This document shows positions 35,868-48,600 of a stretch of DNA of 64,000 bases, in pieces (the stretch's first letter is position 1; each line of letters starts with the position of its first letter). The notes under the pieces were generated by a model. It ran no database searches. It saw nothing but the letters and a program-made list of their open reading frames with translations, and was not told where the DNA came from. The position numbers and the translations under genes are program-made. This DNA comes from Convolutriloba macropyga (lineage: Eukaryota), in assembly GCF_964194025.1 (NCBI RefSeq), contig NC_134469.1:79422001-79486000 (forward strand), given 5' to 3'.

Positions 35868-36833
35868 CTATTTGACAGGGTGTTTGTGTGAATAATCCAG
35901 GGCCATGTAGTACAAAATGCCTAAAATCATTCCCAAAATATGCGCCTCGTGGGCTATTGGGTTTCTTTTCATGGCTGTTTTCGAGTACTTAGCAATCAGT
36001 AGAAATCCTTCAAAAGCACACACCATCAATGGTAAGCTCTTCAACTTGAATCTGAGCTGCGGAATCATATCTGATATAAGAATAAATCCCACTTCCAGTT
36101 GGGGCTCCGCCTGGGAGAGATAACCGAACAAACCATAAATAGCCGCTGATGCTCCAACTGCCGCGTAAGTGTAAGAACCAGCCAACGTTTTGAAGGCTAC
36201 CATGAAGAAATTTGTCAGGATCCCTGTTTCCAAATATAATTCCAGGAACTGATCGGGACTCAGGGATTTAGCACAGACATTTGAGGCGTTTATGAGCACA
36301 TAGTTGTTGATGAGAAAATGCAGTCCACCGATATGTGAAAACATTGCAAGTGGAATTGCAAACACGCTGAATCGAGGACCAGTTACAAATAGATTCGACA
36401 TCATAGGCAGAAAAGAAGGAAAAAGCCTGAATGACATAAAAACGCAACCATTTATGAAAGCAAAACCACACGCTAATTTTGATACATCAGATTTACGCGC
36501 CCACCAATCGGAAAACGCTGTTGGTCTTCTTGTCCGAGAATTACTGAAGAAATCGTCAAATATATCAATCTGTTTAGTCGGAAACAGATAGGCACTGATG
36601 TCTTTAGACCACCTCTCAATACCCGAACAGCACCCTACAGTTAAGATAGTAGGCGCTATTAAGTGCTTTAATCGGGTAGATATCGAATACTGTTGGCGAT
36701 TTTTCTGATCAGTTTTTGGTTTCTGTTGGTGTTGTTTCTTTAACTTAAGACTTCCCGACTTGGAGCGGAAAGACACAAATTGGTTGTAGCTACACAACGG
36801 CGTATTTCTGCACAAAGATCTAAAGCCATACAT
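35868..36833 (-). CDS. PARL: Mitochondrial rhomboid protease PARL-like, intronless (321 aa from ATG 36833; ORF open to ATG 36854)
   Basis: FSHIGGLHFLINNY (HxxxxHxxxN), catalytic GASAA and AHEAHILGMILG, several TM helices, and a basic/hydroxylated N-terminus resembling a mitochondrial presequence. Confidence 0.9.
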   Translation of the reverse strand: MYGFRSLCRNTPLCSYNQFVSFRSKSGSLKLKKQHQQKPKTDQKNRQQYSISTRLKHLIAPTILTVGCCSGIERWSKDISAYLFPTKQIDIFDDFFSNSRTRRPTAFSDWWARKSDVSKLACGFAFINGCVFMSFRLFPSFLPMMSNLFVTGPRFSVFAIPLAMFSHIGGLHFLINNYVLINASNVCAKSLSPDQFLELYLETGILTNFFMVAFKTLAGSYTYAAVGASAAIYGLFGYLSQAEPQLEVGFILISDMIPQLRFKLKSLPLMVCAFEGFLLIAKYSKTAMKRNPIAHEAHILGMILGILYYMALDYSHKHPVK

Positions 36834-37738
36834 TATATCTAAAAATTCGCACATTTTTCTGTAGATTTTTCAAATAAAAATGCACTTGAATTTGACAAAT
36901 TATAGAATTTCTACTCTGCTCAATTCACAACATTCAGCTCAAAAAATGTCGAACCAAGTTGTTCTCAGATCAATTGACGGGCTAGTTCAGTGGCAGAGCG
37001 ACGAGTTAAAAAATCAGGAAAAGGCTCTGCAAAATGATTCTTTTTCTTTTCACTCCCATTCATCTACTTGACCCCTATATCTTTTCACCCCAAAATCCTT
37101 CTCCAAACCCCGCGAATCACTAAGTTTGACTATATTAATTCTCCCACTTTACCATTAATTGTAACAACTATATAATGAATCAAATCCGGGTGAAATAATT
37201 GGGGTTAAGCGATAAAAGGTGAAAATGACAAGGCTAAGAAAAGAGATACCCTGATAAATGCACAACAATGTGCTTCAAACTGCGAAAATAGCCCGGATAA
37301 TATCTGGACTTCAGTTAAGCGCAATTTCTATGCACACCAAATTATAACAGCTATGATTGCCAACTTATCATTACTTTGATTAGGTGCCAAGGTTACTCTG
37401 AATTTCTTTTACACAATTTACAACCAGCAGCTTATATACAAAAATCAGTTTTGGGAGCTCTAAATTAAATGCTGACTATTGTCTCGTACACGATACCTTG
37501 GCTGCAAAACATTCAGCAAGCCAACAAATAGGACAACTTCTGTATCAGGACTACACACGTAGCACGCCTCCCATTTGAATTCCTGATCCTACCATACACA
37601 CTGCAATTTCACCAAATCAATCAGATTAAACTCATTAAGTAGCCCTAATACAAGGATTTATTCGATTCGACAAGTTAATTATCGTTTTGCGATCTTAAAA
37701 CCAGGAAATCTATCGTACAGCAATGTCGTTATACCGTT

Positions 37739-40700
37739 TCACGAGGAGGAACTGAGGAAAAATTTGGCCATTGCCGTGGCTGTGACGTCATCATGCTCTT
37801 GTCGTTTCTTCTTCAACAGTTTCCTCTGCTCCAGTACAGCTTGGTTAGCGGGATCCAATGCAAACGCCTTTTCAAGGTCATTCTCCGCGAATTCGAATTT
37901 GTTCACAGACAGGTAATGCTTGCCCCGTCGGAAAAGCGCTTTCACGTTATTCGGTTCTAAAGAACAAAGGTTGATTATAACGTGAATAGCTGCGCAAAAA
38001 ACAGCTAATCATGAAAGCAGTTTGACGTTTAACAGTAAAAACAGGGAGTCCTCGGATATAAAAAAAATCAAAATTGAGCAAACAGATCTGAAACTAAATT
38101 CGACTAACACTGAGAACTAAAACTTTTAGACTAACAAAATTAATGAATTACGAAATAAAAATCTCAATAAACATGGTTCGTTACATGCAACAAATTATCA
38201 CACATAGGAAACAGAAAGTTTTCGATTAAACTCGAGATGTTGATCTTTTGCCAGTCAGGCATTGGGGGTATAAACTATGAGTTCAATCAATGGTTCGACA
38301 TTTTCTGGCAGCAGATCAATGTCCATTTTATTTCATAATACAACTAATAAACAAATTGGCTATCGTATGACCAAATAGTATATATTTTTTCAACAAGCAG
38401 TCAAAAAGAAGGTCGAAGCATAGGAACACTCAAAAATGCTACAACTCCAATATCTCTCAACTCCAATCAAGATGAACCTCTGTTTCCAAAATTAGCTATT
38501 AACTGCAGGGTCACAACCTTATCACCAAGTATAAGTAAAACCCAAATTTTGACACAAACGAATTAAACAAAAATGACGTCAAGAAGTTCTGAAGAACAGC
38601 AATCAAGAGATCATGCAAAAATCAAGACGTCAAGTGTGAAAAATTCACGTCGAAAGTCACATCGGTAAGATGAAAAACGACTGGGTAAAAATTATACTGA
38701 ACGGCAAAAATAAGTTAGCACAACCAGTTTTCACAAAGTAAAACTCAAACCTTGAGGCAATAATACTACGACTTAAAATCAAACTTCAAACAGTTTTTAC
38801 ACAATTGATCCCCTACACTAGTCCTCTCCTCTATCTATGAAACTCAAATAAAAAGCAGCGTTCACTTACAAGAAATTCAGTTAACATAACCGACTAACGT
38901 CGGGCGACTTGCTCTCAAACGACCGGCGAGCGGTTGTCTTCGTCAGCAGCTAGCCACGGCTTAGAAATCTCTGGGCGCTACCTCTTTATCTAGTTTCTGA
39001 AGACGAAAGTCAAGTGGGTCAGACGAAAAATCGGTGAAGCAAAAAATTGCAAAAAAGAGACAAACAGGTTTAATATATTTGCTACAAATTGCTTTCGAGA
39101 GCAATTAACAATGATTTCCTAAAAAGTGCCTGTTAGATCGTTTATGCTTAAAAAACACGTTCTACTAAAACTCATTGCTAATGAGGATCAGAGATGATAA
39201 CATTACGCCACATAACAGCAGCTGAAGTGCGGCATCAACAAAAAGAGAGAGAGATAGAGTGAGAGAGATAAAAAGTGAGCAAGAAAGAAAAGGAAAGAAA
39301 CCCTAACGGACAGAGAAAAAGAGACAGGAATATTTTCAATGATTGGATTCGACTCTGCAACTTCTAGTTTTCTAGCCTTGCTAATTAAAAAAATCATACA
39401 GAAAAGAACTGAAAAAGGCAAAATCCAAAAACAATTTTTGCAGTAAAAAAGGGTTTAAAACCTTTTTTGTCTCGAAAGTTCTGTGAAATAACCCATCTTC
39501 GAGAATTGAAAAGTTTTATTGGCCAGTAATGGTCGTCGAAAAGGACAAAAATATTGATAAATTTTGAAAATTGAAAATTTTAACAAAATCTTGCTAAAAT
39601 TCAATATAATATCTTAAGAAGCATTTCATTGTCCCCAGAGACTATCCGATATCTCTGCTTCAAGCCCGAAAACGTTTCACAGGCTCATAAAGATCCATAC
39701 ACTTGGAACAAAAAACGTTACCAAAAATTTGAAAAGCTTAAATCTTATCCAAAAATTACTAAAACTGGAGTAATCGAAAATGTTGATCACCATCCCATTA
39801 ACTCTGGAAATTATCCAGCAGCTTATTATCAGACCTTGGAGGAGGTCCCAGTGCCTCTGTTACCGGAAAATTTTCAATGTATTAATTGTAAAAATGTACA
39901 AAAAATTGCAAATATTTAAAATTGCCTAAATTCGTGATATTAAAATCTTGAAGAACATTCCATTACAACTTGTGATATTAAAAAGTTAAAATTAATCCAT
40001 GACCAAAAAGATTTTTCCAGTAACTTATTATCAAACCCTAACGGAGGTTTTCTGACCCATAAGGTTCAAAAAACCTTAATAATGATTATAAATGTCAAAA
40101 AATTTAAAAAAAAAGGGCAAAAATTTTACAAAAAATATGCAAAAATTTTTGATGTTAAAATCTTGCAAGAAATTCCATTTAATCTAAAAATCATACAGTA
40201 AACTATTTTCAAACCCTAGAAGGGGTTTCTTGGCTCTTGAGGCTTAAAAAAACCTAAAAAACGACAAACATTTTCAAAAAAACTGAAAAAAAGCAAGTTT
40301 TATCAAAAAATTGCTAAAAATTGTGACATTAAAAAGTTGAAAAACTATTCCATGGCCAATAAAATTTTGTCAGTAACCTATTATCAAACCCCTTAGGATG
40401 TTTTCTGGCTGGCCCCTGGGTCTGGAAAGACCCTAATAAAAAAAAATGTCAAAATTTAAAAAAAACTGCACATTTTGTCAAAAAATTGCTTAAATTCGTG
40501 ACGTTAAAATGATGAAACCATTCCACCGGGGGCTGATGGGGAGAGAGGGCGTGGTGGGGCAACACTGGGGTGGGGGCAACTGCGCGGTGGGGGTGGTTGG
40601 GGGGGGAATAAAGGGGGGTTCAATAGTGGGGGGTCATCAGTGGGGGTGTCTTCAACCTCTACGAACCGCCCTTTACACCATAAGTATAAGTCTCCAAAAC

Positions 40701-42436
40701 AGTTTGAGCTGAAACAGAGCTGAAAGGCTCTGAGAGCACTTAATGCCCGCTGGGCGCTGCCTGTTCATCCCGTTTTTGAGGACAAAAAGTCAAAGGCGTC
40801 AGACGAAAAATCGCTCCCGCGAAAAGTCGCATCAAAAAAAGACCGACAGGACTAATATAATTGCTACAAACTTTGTTTGAGAGCAATTGAATATATCTCA
40901 ATGCACCGTGGTCTTTGAAATAACTTAAAACCCACTATGATCTTTCGCTAGTTCTTCTCTGCGTTACCTAGATGCTTTGTAATACCTAGATGCAATTAAT
41001 AACGTTAAAGCTGATGAACTACATCCAAATTTCACAGTCAAAAGAAAGTTGCCATGTGATTACAGTTTATTCAAATCATTTCTCTCTGCGTTTATCACAA
41101 ATGCAAACTTCATCATAGTCGAACAAACTTTAAAACTTTCGTTTTACTGTGAAACTTCAATGAAGTTGGTCAACTTGACATAAGGATTTCTGGTAAGTGA
41201 ACTTTTGCGTTTTATCTGAACGATATAGGCGGACGAGAGGACTATTGCAGGGTATCAATGGTAAAACGTTGTTTTCAAATTCAAGTCGGCGTAATATTGG
41301 CTCAAAATTTGTCGTAATAATACAAAGGCGCTAAATTACTTTTGACGTTCAGAATAGCACAAAAATGGCAATAGACCCAAATACTCAACTTAATTTGAGA
41401 GCAATTATGCGTCCAAAATTTTAACAACTTAACTGGATCCTTAAGCAGAAAATTGGCGATGTTTACAATGCGGTCACTATTGTTGAAAACCTAAATTTTC
41501 ATTATAATTCACTTAAAGTAGAATCAAAACAAACTATTGTGTCACCGAATCTCAATAATTGGAAGCCTGCGATCTGCCTAGGACACAAATTTGCAATTGA
41601 CATTCTAAATTCAAAACCTCCTTATATACAAACCCTTATGTTGCCCTAAGATGACTAAGAAATTAAATCCAAATAAATATACGTTGACAATGAATTTGTT
41701 CACTTAGCTTACCACCCTGCAAAACAGTTTAAAACAAAAACAAATTTCAAACTGAGCTCAAATGGTTGCAGCTCAGAATAGATAATCTTCCAATGAATGC
41801 AAAATGAGACGCAGAAAAATGCGTAGCATGATTAGAACAACTTCTTTCGAAAGTTCGATTGATAATCTTTGGCTATCGTAACGTAAAAAGAAGCCAATTA
41901 AATCATTTTTAACCCACCATTTTTCGCGGTGCGCACCTTTTGTTCCACTTTAACTTCTGATACAAGTAAAAAGGTTAATCTATTTCAAAATTTGAACTAT
42001 TTCTCTTTGCATTCGGGGTTACATTGCAGCAACATAGCAGTTAATGGCAATTGGAACGTTTAAAACTGCTTTAACAAAAAACGGTAAACGGGCTATTTGA
42101 ACATCTGTTTTCATTAGGACTGAAAAATTATTCTTTTTAGCGTAACCAACTATCATTTATTTAATATATCGCGTCATGTGTTGTTTTTTGCGCTTTTCAC
42201 CTTCACATTTACTACAATGAATTCCAAACACAGTTTAGTAGAAAAAGTGAGTTAAGAAATATTGAAATGTTAGGTGGATTGGTTAAGTGTGATTGGTGGA
42301 AAAGAAATGTGCACAGAAAAAAAGCCAAAATATGAAACTCTAGCAGCTACATAATAGCCCTTTGAGAAGATGAGTTGACGACCATTGACCAAGAAGCAAC
42401 AAATTGGACAAAACAATTGAGTTAGACACAATAAAA

Positions 42437-42489
<53 letters not shown>

Positions 42490-44510
42490 GCTGCAGAAAG
42501 GTCAAAATCAGCAGAAAGTCGCTCTTCGCTTGATCAAATACAGAAGTGAGTGGAAAAAATATCGTCGCGGCATAAAAAAAACTTTTACCGATAAATTCAT
42601 ATGGCTTGTTCAAATTCACTCCACACACACTTTTAATTAGTTACCTTAGTTCCATATCAGTTTTTTTGACCTCAAACTAACTCAAGATAAACAAGTGCAA
42701 AGTCATTTTCTTGTGACGTAGGATCTGAGCTAGTCACGTATGATCAAAACCTATCCAAGTAAAAGACTTAAAAGATTGTCGAAAATTAAGTGACAAATGA
42801 CGTCAGCCGCGCCAAATCCGTTAGTTAGATGAGGTGATTCCGGAAATTGTTCACCTTTATTGTGTCAACAAATGTAAAACGAAAAGAGCATCAGAACATT
42901 ATACAAAAAATCAGGAACACCGCAGTAAGGCTACACTCCGTTTACAGCTTTGCAGTTAGAAAATCAAAACTAATCTCTAGACGTAGCCGGTGACAACCTA
43001 GATCAAATGCTGAAATGAAAATGTATAGGGAAATTTTGAAGCCAACATTTTGCGCGACAGATTTTTCCAAAACAAAAATAGCTGAAAGCTTGAATGACGA
43101 AACTACTCCTTTCTCACGCCAATGTCAAATGGCGCACAGCGCCTCACAAATCCAGCGCTTCTACAAAACCCAGACCCCATTTTGTTCATAATAATAATTA
43201 TGGTCATGAACACGGCCTTACATTCAATAACTGACGTCTAAGAACTTGATAAAAACGCTCAGTTTAATTGGTTTTATCCGCTAAAAAATTGTCCCAAAAT
43301 GTTAACTAAAGACAAAAGCTAAATTACCCATAAAGTCTAGTAGAAGATATAGAATTTCAAATAAATTTAAATAAACCCATTTTTTTTTCTATTTGACTCC
43401 GAATTAAAATTTCCTCGCAATCTATAAAAAAATTATCCCATGTATTTGCTCATTTTGACAAACCAATTCAATCACATTTGACACGAAACTGAGAGAAAAG
43501 TGCGTCATAAAAAAGCACTTATAAATGTAAGCTCACATAAGATCCATTTCAATGTAAGTAACAGTTAGTAAAATTTGAAGTTCTTTCGCAGAAAATTTTG
43601 AACATAAGCAAAAACGTCGGACTAATTACTCTCAAATAACAGGCGAGCGGTTAGCTTCGTCAGTAGTTAGTTGGGGCTTCGGGAGGCTCCTGGGTTTACC
43701 TATTTTGTCAAATGGTCAGACAAGTCCTTTGTACGAAAAATCACATTACAAAGACAAACAAGAGTAAATTAATCGCTATAGATTTCATTTTGTATCAATT
43801 AATAATGCTAAATCTCGAATTACAAGCAAGTAATCAAAAAGGCTGTACATATTAACAGGTGTTTAGAAATCTTAAAAATATGAAAAAATCTCACCTATTT
43901 CGAGAACTCTGCTCAAATTTTGAATAGGTTTTTCGACATCCTTTGTGTTCAAATTGGACTGACATAGAGCAATATTCGAAATCAGCTGCGCCTTCGTCTC
44001 AATCAACGAACCATCTTTCTCGTCTGATAAAGCAAGAAAAATGAGAGATCGGTGATAATTATGGTGTGCCCAAAAGAATTCACTCTTTTTGAACAATTCG
44101 GTCGCCAATGATTTCAACTTGTAGCATACATCCAATCTTTCCTCCCGTCCCCACTTGTAAACCTCATCTTTCTCTTCAAAATCGAGCAGCACCAGGTCAA
44201 AAGCAATAACATTGCCGTCAATTTGGATTTTGTATTTTGATTTTTCATTCAAAGTCATAGTCTGCAAGGCTCGGCTTATTACGTAACTCGGAAACGAGGT
44301 ATGGAACCCAATTCTAATCGGTGACTTGGGAAATACAATTGGGGTCATATTTTCTCCAATATCCGCTACTGTACATGTGAACACGCATTCGGAATTGTCT
44401 ACCGGAGTGACGTAAGGACTTAACCCGGGAGTGACCACTTGTTTCTGGAATAAATCGTCATGTGCTCGGATAAAGCCTTGAAATTTATCACTGTCAGAAT
44501 TTTCAACCAT
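37739..44510 (-). CDS. FKBP-like/TPR co-chaperone (FKBPL/FKBP6-type: degenerate PPIase domain plus TPRs), about 277 aa, 2 exons
   Basis: Exon 1 is 44510-43895 (RALQTMTLNEKS...FDLVLLDFE...W...LKSLATELFK...YHRSL...SNIALCQ, donor G|gtgaga). Exon 2 is 37956-37739 (acceptor ctttag). The join reads VLEIEPNNVKALFRRGK...DLEKAFALDPAN, a canonical immunophilin TPR. Confidence 0.85.
38883..39108 (-). mobile_element. Helentron/HINE-like short element, family B (related pieces near 10270-10540, 12235, 18350-18570, 40680-40890, 43600-43800, 46750-46915, 48040-48720, 48960-49185, 51650-51745)
   Basis: aacataac, hairpin ccgac-taac-gtcgg, ttgctctcaaa ... ttcgagagcaa-ttaa. Shared core gacgaaaagtcaa..gggtcagacgaaaaatcg. 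Confidence 0.6.
39540..40525. repeat. A-rich degenerate satellite with about 175-bp period, in the FKBP-like intron
   Basis: Recurring gtga.attaaaa..ttg.a.aa..ttccat and aac.tattatcaaaccct (e.g. 39935, 40150, 40323, 40499). Confidence 0.6.
42442..42486. repeat. (TA)n microsatellite
   Basis: About 22 TA units. Confidence 0.97.
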
Positions 44511-45612
44511 ATCCCTCTTAAAATAGCAAAACAGCCATGCGTAACACGGTCTAAAAGTTTAATAAATGCGGAAATCCACAAATGCAGCTCACAGGATAGA
44601 GAAAAAAATTAAATTAGAGATTAATTTTGTCTTCATACGTAAGGGAACGTTGAGAAAAATATATACGTTTATATAAGAATGGCTCGCTCAAATGCCAAAT
44701 TAATTTGAGACTATTAAATCAAAGGAAGAAATTGGCAAAATTCATTTTGGAGTATTTGCTTTGAGCGAGGTGATTTTAGGCCGCTACATTTATTGGAAGA
44801 AATGTAAAATCAAAAAGAGAACAGTGAATTGTACCTCATTGTCTCAAAACAATTAAGATAATTATCAAGACAAATTGAATGTTCGAAAATGGATAACTGA
44901 GACAACAATAGTACAGCATATAGTCAATCCGACTAAATTCAACGTCCACACACACACATGAAAGGAACGAGAGTAAAAGTTTCAAAGTTACCATAAAAGT
45001 CAACTTTCTTATTTGGACATTACAGGATCATAAAAGGTTTTCAGAAGCTGAAATTCCTCTTCTTAACTAATTATCAGTCAAATTAAAAAGTTTTACATTA
45101 CCATTGCATGGTTAGCAAGTTTGGGAGTTTTATGATTAGTAACTTTCTCTTACGGAGATTATCTCAGTTAAGTTTCAAGTAAAAATTCTCAAGTTGAATA
45201 TCGAATCTTTTCACTCTCAATAGACCTCTGACGGACGAGCCAAAATATAACATATTGACATGATATATATACTTTTGTAACAAATTTTAGTAATACAAGT
45301 TCATATGCGCGCACAAACAACATCCAGAAGACAACTTAAATTGATTCGCATCTGAGCTAATTAACCAAAAGAATTACTTGACAATGACTAATAACATGAA
45401 ATAAATTCTAAATATCGTTCAACATCGGGCTTCTAGTTTATTTTGCAAGTTTTATGCCCATCTCCTCGAAGTGAGTTTTATTTGGAACAATAGTAAATGA
45501 AATTTAAATTTGAATTCTAGTTTGTTTCTTCGCCAGTTAGAAGGCAAGTCCAGCTGGCTTGGAAATAATATAAATCTCTATTAGTTCCTCTTCCATCGTC
45601 CTCTAATTCCAT

Positions 45613-48600
45613 TCACACTTGCAGCACACTCATCCCTGCCTCCAAGTGCTGGACATTGGGGGAGGGGTGGCTCTGTTGTCCTTCATAGTTAAAGCCGTCC
45701 TCACTGCGGAAGCCAGAGTCACTGTGGTCGTTGGCATCGGGGGGTTTGGCCTCTTCCTCCTCTCCGTAAGGGGTGGAGAAGGAGTGAGGTGCGGTGACGA
45801 GGGCTTCACTGCCTGGGGAGCTGCCGTGGCCAGAGGAGGAGGAGAGCTGCGAGTTCTCTGCTATGTTCTCACTCGATTTAGCTGCTGGTAGATGGGGCGT
45901 AGCTGATATAACTAAATACATCACAGAGAGACACAAAATCAGTCAGTTTTCAGACATTTTCAAACTGATTGTCTACAGTAAAACTCGCAGCATTTTTAAC
46001 TTATTTTACAAAGATAAGAGTGGAACCCTGTTCACCCATCTTGAAGAATTGATTTCAATTCTATTTTTTTACTGAACATTGAGTATGATCTAATCCGGGT
46101 ACGGGGTAAAAACCGACCAAAACATGATACAGTTCGGTGAATACGAGGGTGCTCACGGATTAATTTGACACGTAAAGGGGTTACGCCAACAACGAGAATC
46201 TAAGCCGACGCATAGCAATTGGAAGGGTATTTCGACCAATCAGATTTGCAGGTCGATCAGCAATAAGCTGTCCGACAAAATTCATGAAATATCGAATTCA
46301 CGTTGGTGCTTATACACAAGAACAGAGTTGAAAAACTCAACCCAAAATAATTTTTTAGTTACATTTTTTGTCCGATTTCGGTTTATTTTTAAGATTATGG
46401 TGATTTTATACTTGATACTTTACCGGTTTTGCTTTCAATCGTGAAATTGAATTGCAATCCAATGGTTAATTACACTAATTTACAGCATCCAACTGTTGCA
46501 TTTGTGATATATCTAATTAACAGCGTGTATCAAATTTAGCGTACAAAACAACAAATGCAACAAAACGTTAATCGCCCAAGCAATATTTCTCTACAAATAA
46601 TTGCACTCGAAAATTGTTGGCTAGAAAAGAATATTCTGGTACTTTGGAAAAGTTTTTAAAAAAAGTTGAACACAACACAATAATAACAACAATAGCAATT
46701 AAAAACGATGGTTTTTGCACTAATGCAGCAATTCGGACAAAATTCTGAGCTCTTAACTCTAAGAGAGCTGCTCGGTCACCTAATGCCCTCCGAACTCTAC
46801 ATGTTTATCCCGTTTTTAAAGACGAAAAATCAAATGGGTCAGACAAGAAATTGGTCAATCGAAAAATTGCAAAAAAAAGACTACATAATTGCTACAATTT
46901 TGTTTGAGGGCAAGTAAAAAATACACCACGCCCGATAGTCAGCAGTAAAAGCAATACAACATAATAATGTCACAATATTGATTCATTTGAACTGAATGCC
47001 AGAAGAAAATAGTAACGGCAATAATAAACAAAGACCAGTAAAGAATCTGTCTCTGTGCTGGTCTTTATATTTTAAAAAAAAACTTTACTGAAGTTGACGA
47101 CGAACAACTCGACAAGGAATAAATAACAATTCAGTATGCATTTTGAATTGCAGCTTAAAGCAATAATTAGTTTGCAATGGACTTCAAGTATTAAATATTC
47201 TAAAACAAAAATTAAAACAATTGTGAATTCAGAAGACGAATTCACGATAATGCTGATACATGAGAACATAGATTTGGAAAAATCATCTCACAATAATTTT
47301 TTCGTTAGATATTTTGTCCGATTCCGTTTGATTTTTAAGTTTAAAGTGATTTAAAACCTGAATCTTTATCGGTTTTTTTTTCAACCGTGAAATTGCATTG
47401 CAATCCAAAGGTAAATTGCAATAATTTACAGCATCCAACTGTTGCGTTCGTGATATATCTAATTAACCCCAAGTATCAACTTTAGCGTACAAAATTGAAT
47501 ATAAATGCAACAAAAAACCGTTAATCGCCACAGCAATATTTTTTACAACGAACAATTGCACTCAAAAACTTTCAACTAGAAAACAATATTCTGGTACTGT
47601 AGAGAATTTTGTTTAAAAGTTGAACATTACACAATGATAACAGAGATCGGTCGGTAATCTGCGTTAGAGAGCAATTAAAAAGTTAGCAGGAAAATTCCGG
47701 TTTATTTTAAACTAACACTGATATATGCATTAGTCAATTTGGACAAGATGGACGATGGTTTTTGCACTAACGCAGCAATTCGGACAAAATACTGAGCTCC
47801 CAGCTCTATTTTTCTAACATGAAGTCGCATCTCGCTAGCAGCGGTTATTTAAAACTCAGTTCAAAAGTAATGCCCCGCGAAGTGTTGAATAATAGCAGAA
47901 ATTTCAGACCTGCGATATCCGAAACTTGCAAAAACAAGACTGTTCAGGTTGACGCCGAATACAGAAACACCAGCCACCTTTATTGATAACAAGTTTTCTT
48001 AAGGACAAAAGAACGACTAAAATCAATTCCAAACATAAATTAAACCATACTACCGGACAAATTGCTCTCGAACGACAGCCGAAGTTTGGTTTTAACTGTA
48101 GCAACCTTCAGCATATAGAGGTTAGCTTTAGAGGGCAAAAAAGCGCGGGAGGAAGTCCAAAATTGTATTTCAAATTTTGAAACTACGCGTCTTCAAAAGT
48201 TCCTCCACAGCTTCGGTGATCCATACACTTAGACCTCAAGCAAGCTCTTAAAGAACAGCTCAGAGACTCAATTCCCTCAAATTATCTGGTTCTTTCAACG
48301 TGAAGTCAAACCAAATTTTTCGTTAAAAACGCTCAAGTTTACAATAATTGCTTCAAATTTCTCCCAGGAGCAAATAAACGACCAACTAACGTCGGGCGAA
48401 ATGCTCTCAAGTGAGGAAAAAAGCGCGGGAGGAAGTCCAAAATTGTCTTTCAAATTTTGAAACTATGCATCTTCAAAAAATCCTCCACAGCTTCGGTGAT
48501 CCATACACTTAGACCTCAAGCAAGCTCTTAAAGAACAGCTCAGAGACTCAATTCCCTCAAAGTATTCTGGTTCTTTCAACGTGAAGTCAAACCAAATTTT

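Noticed and set aside
42404-42640. ORFs with IYIYIY, and poly-V/poly-S ORFs near 59335-59662
   Set aside because: Translations of (TA)n and (TAC)n microsatellites.
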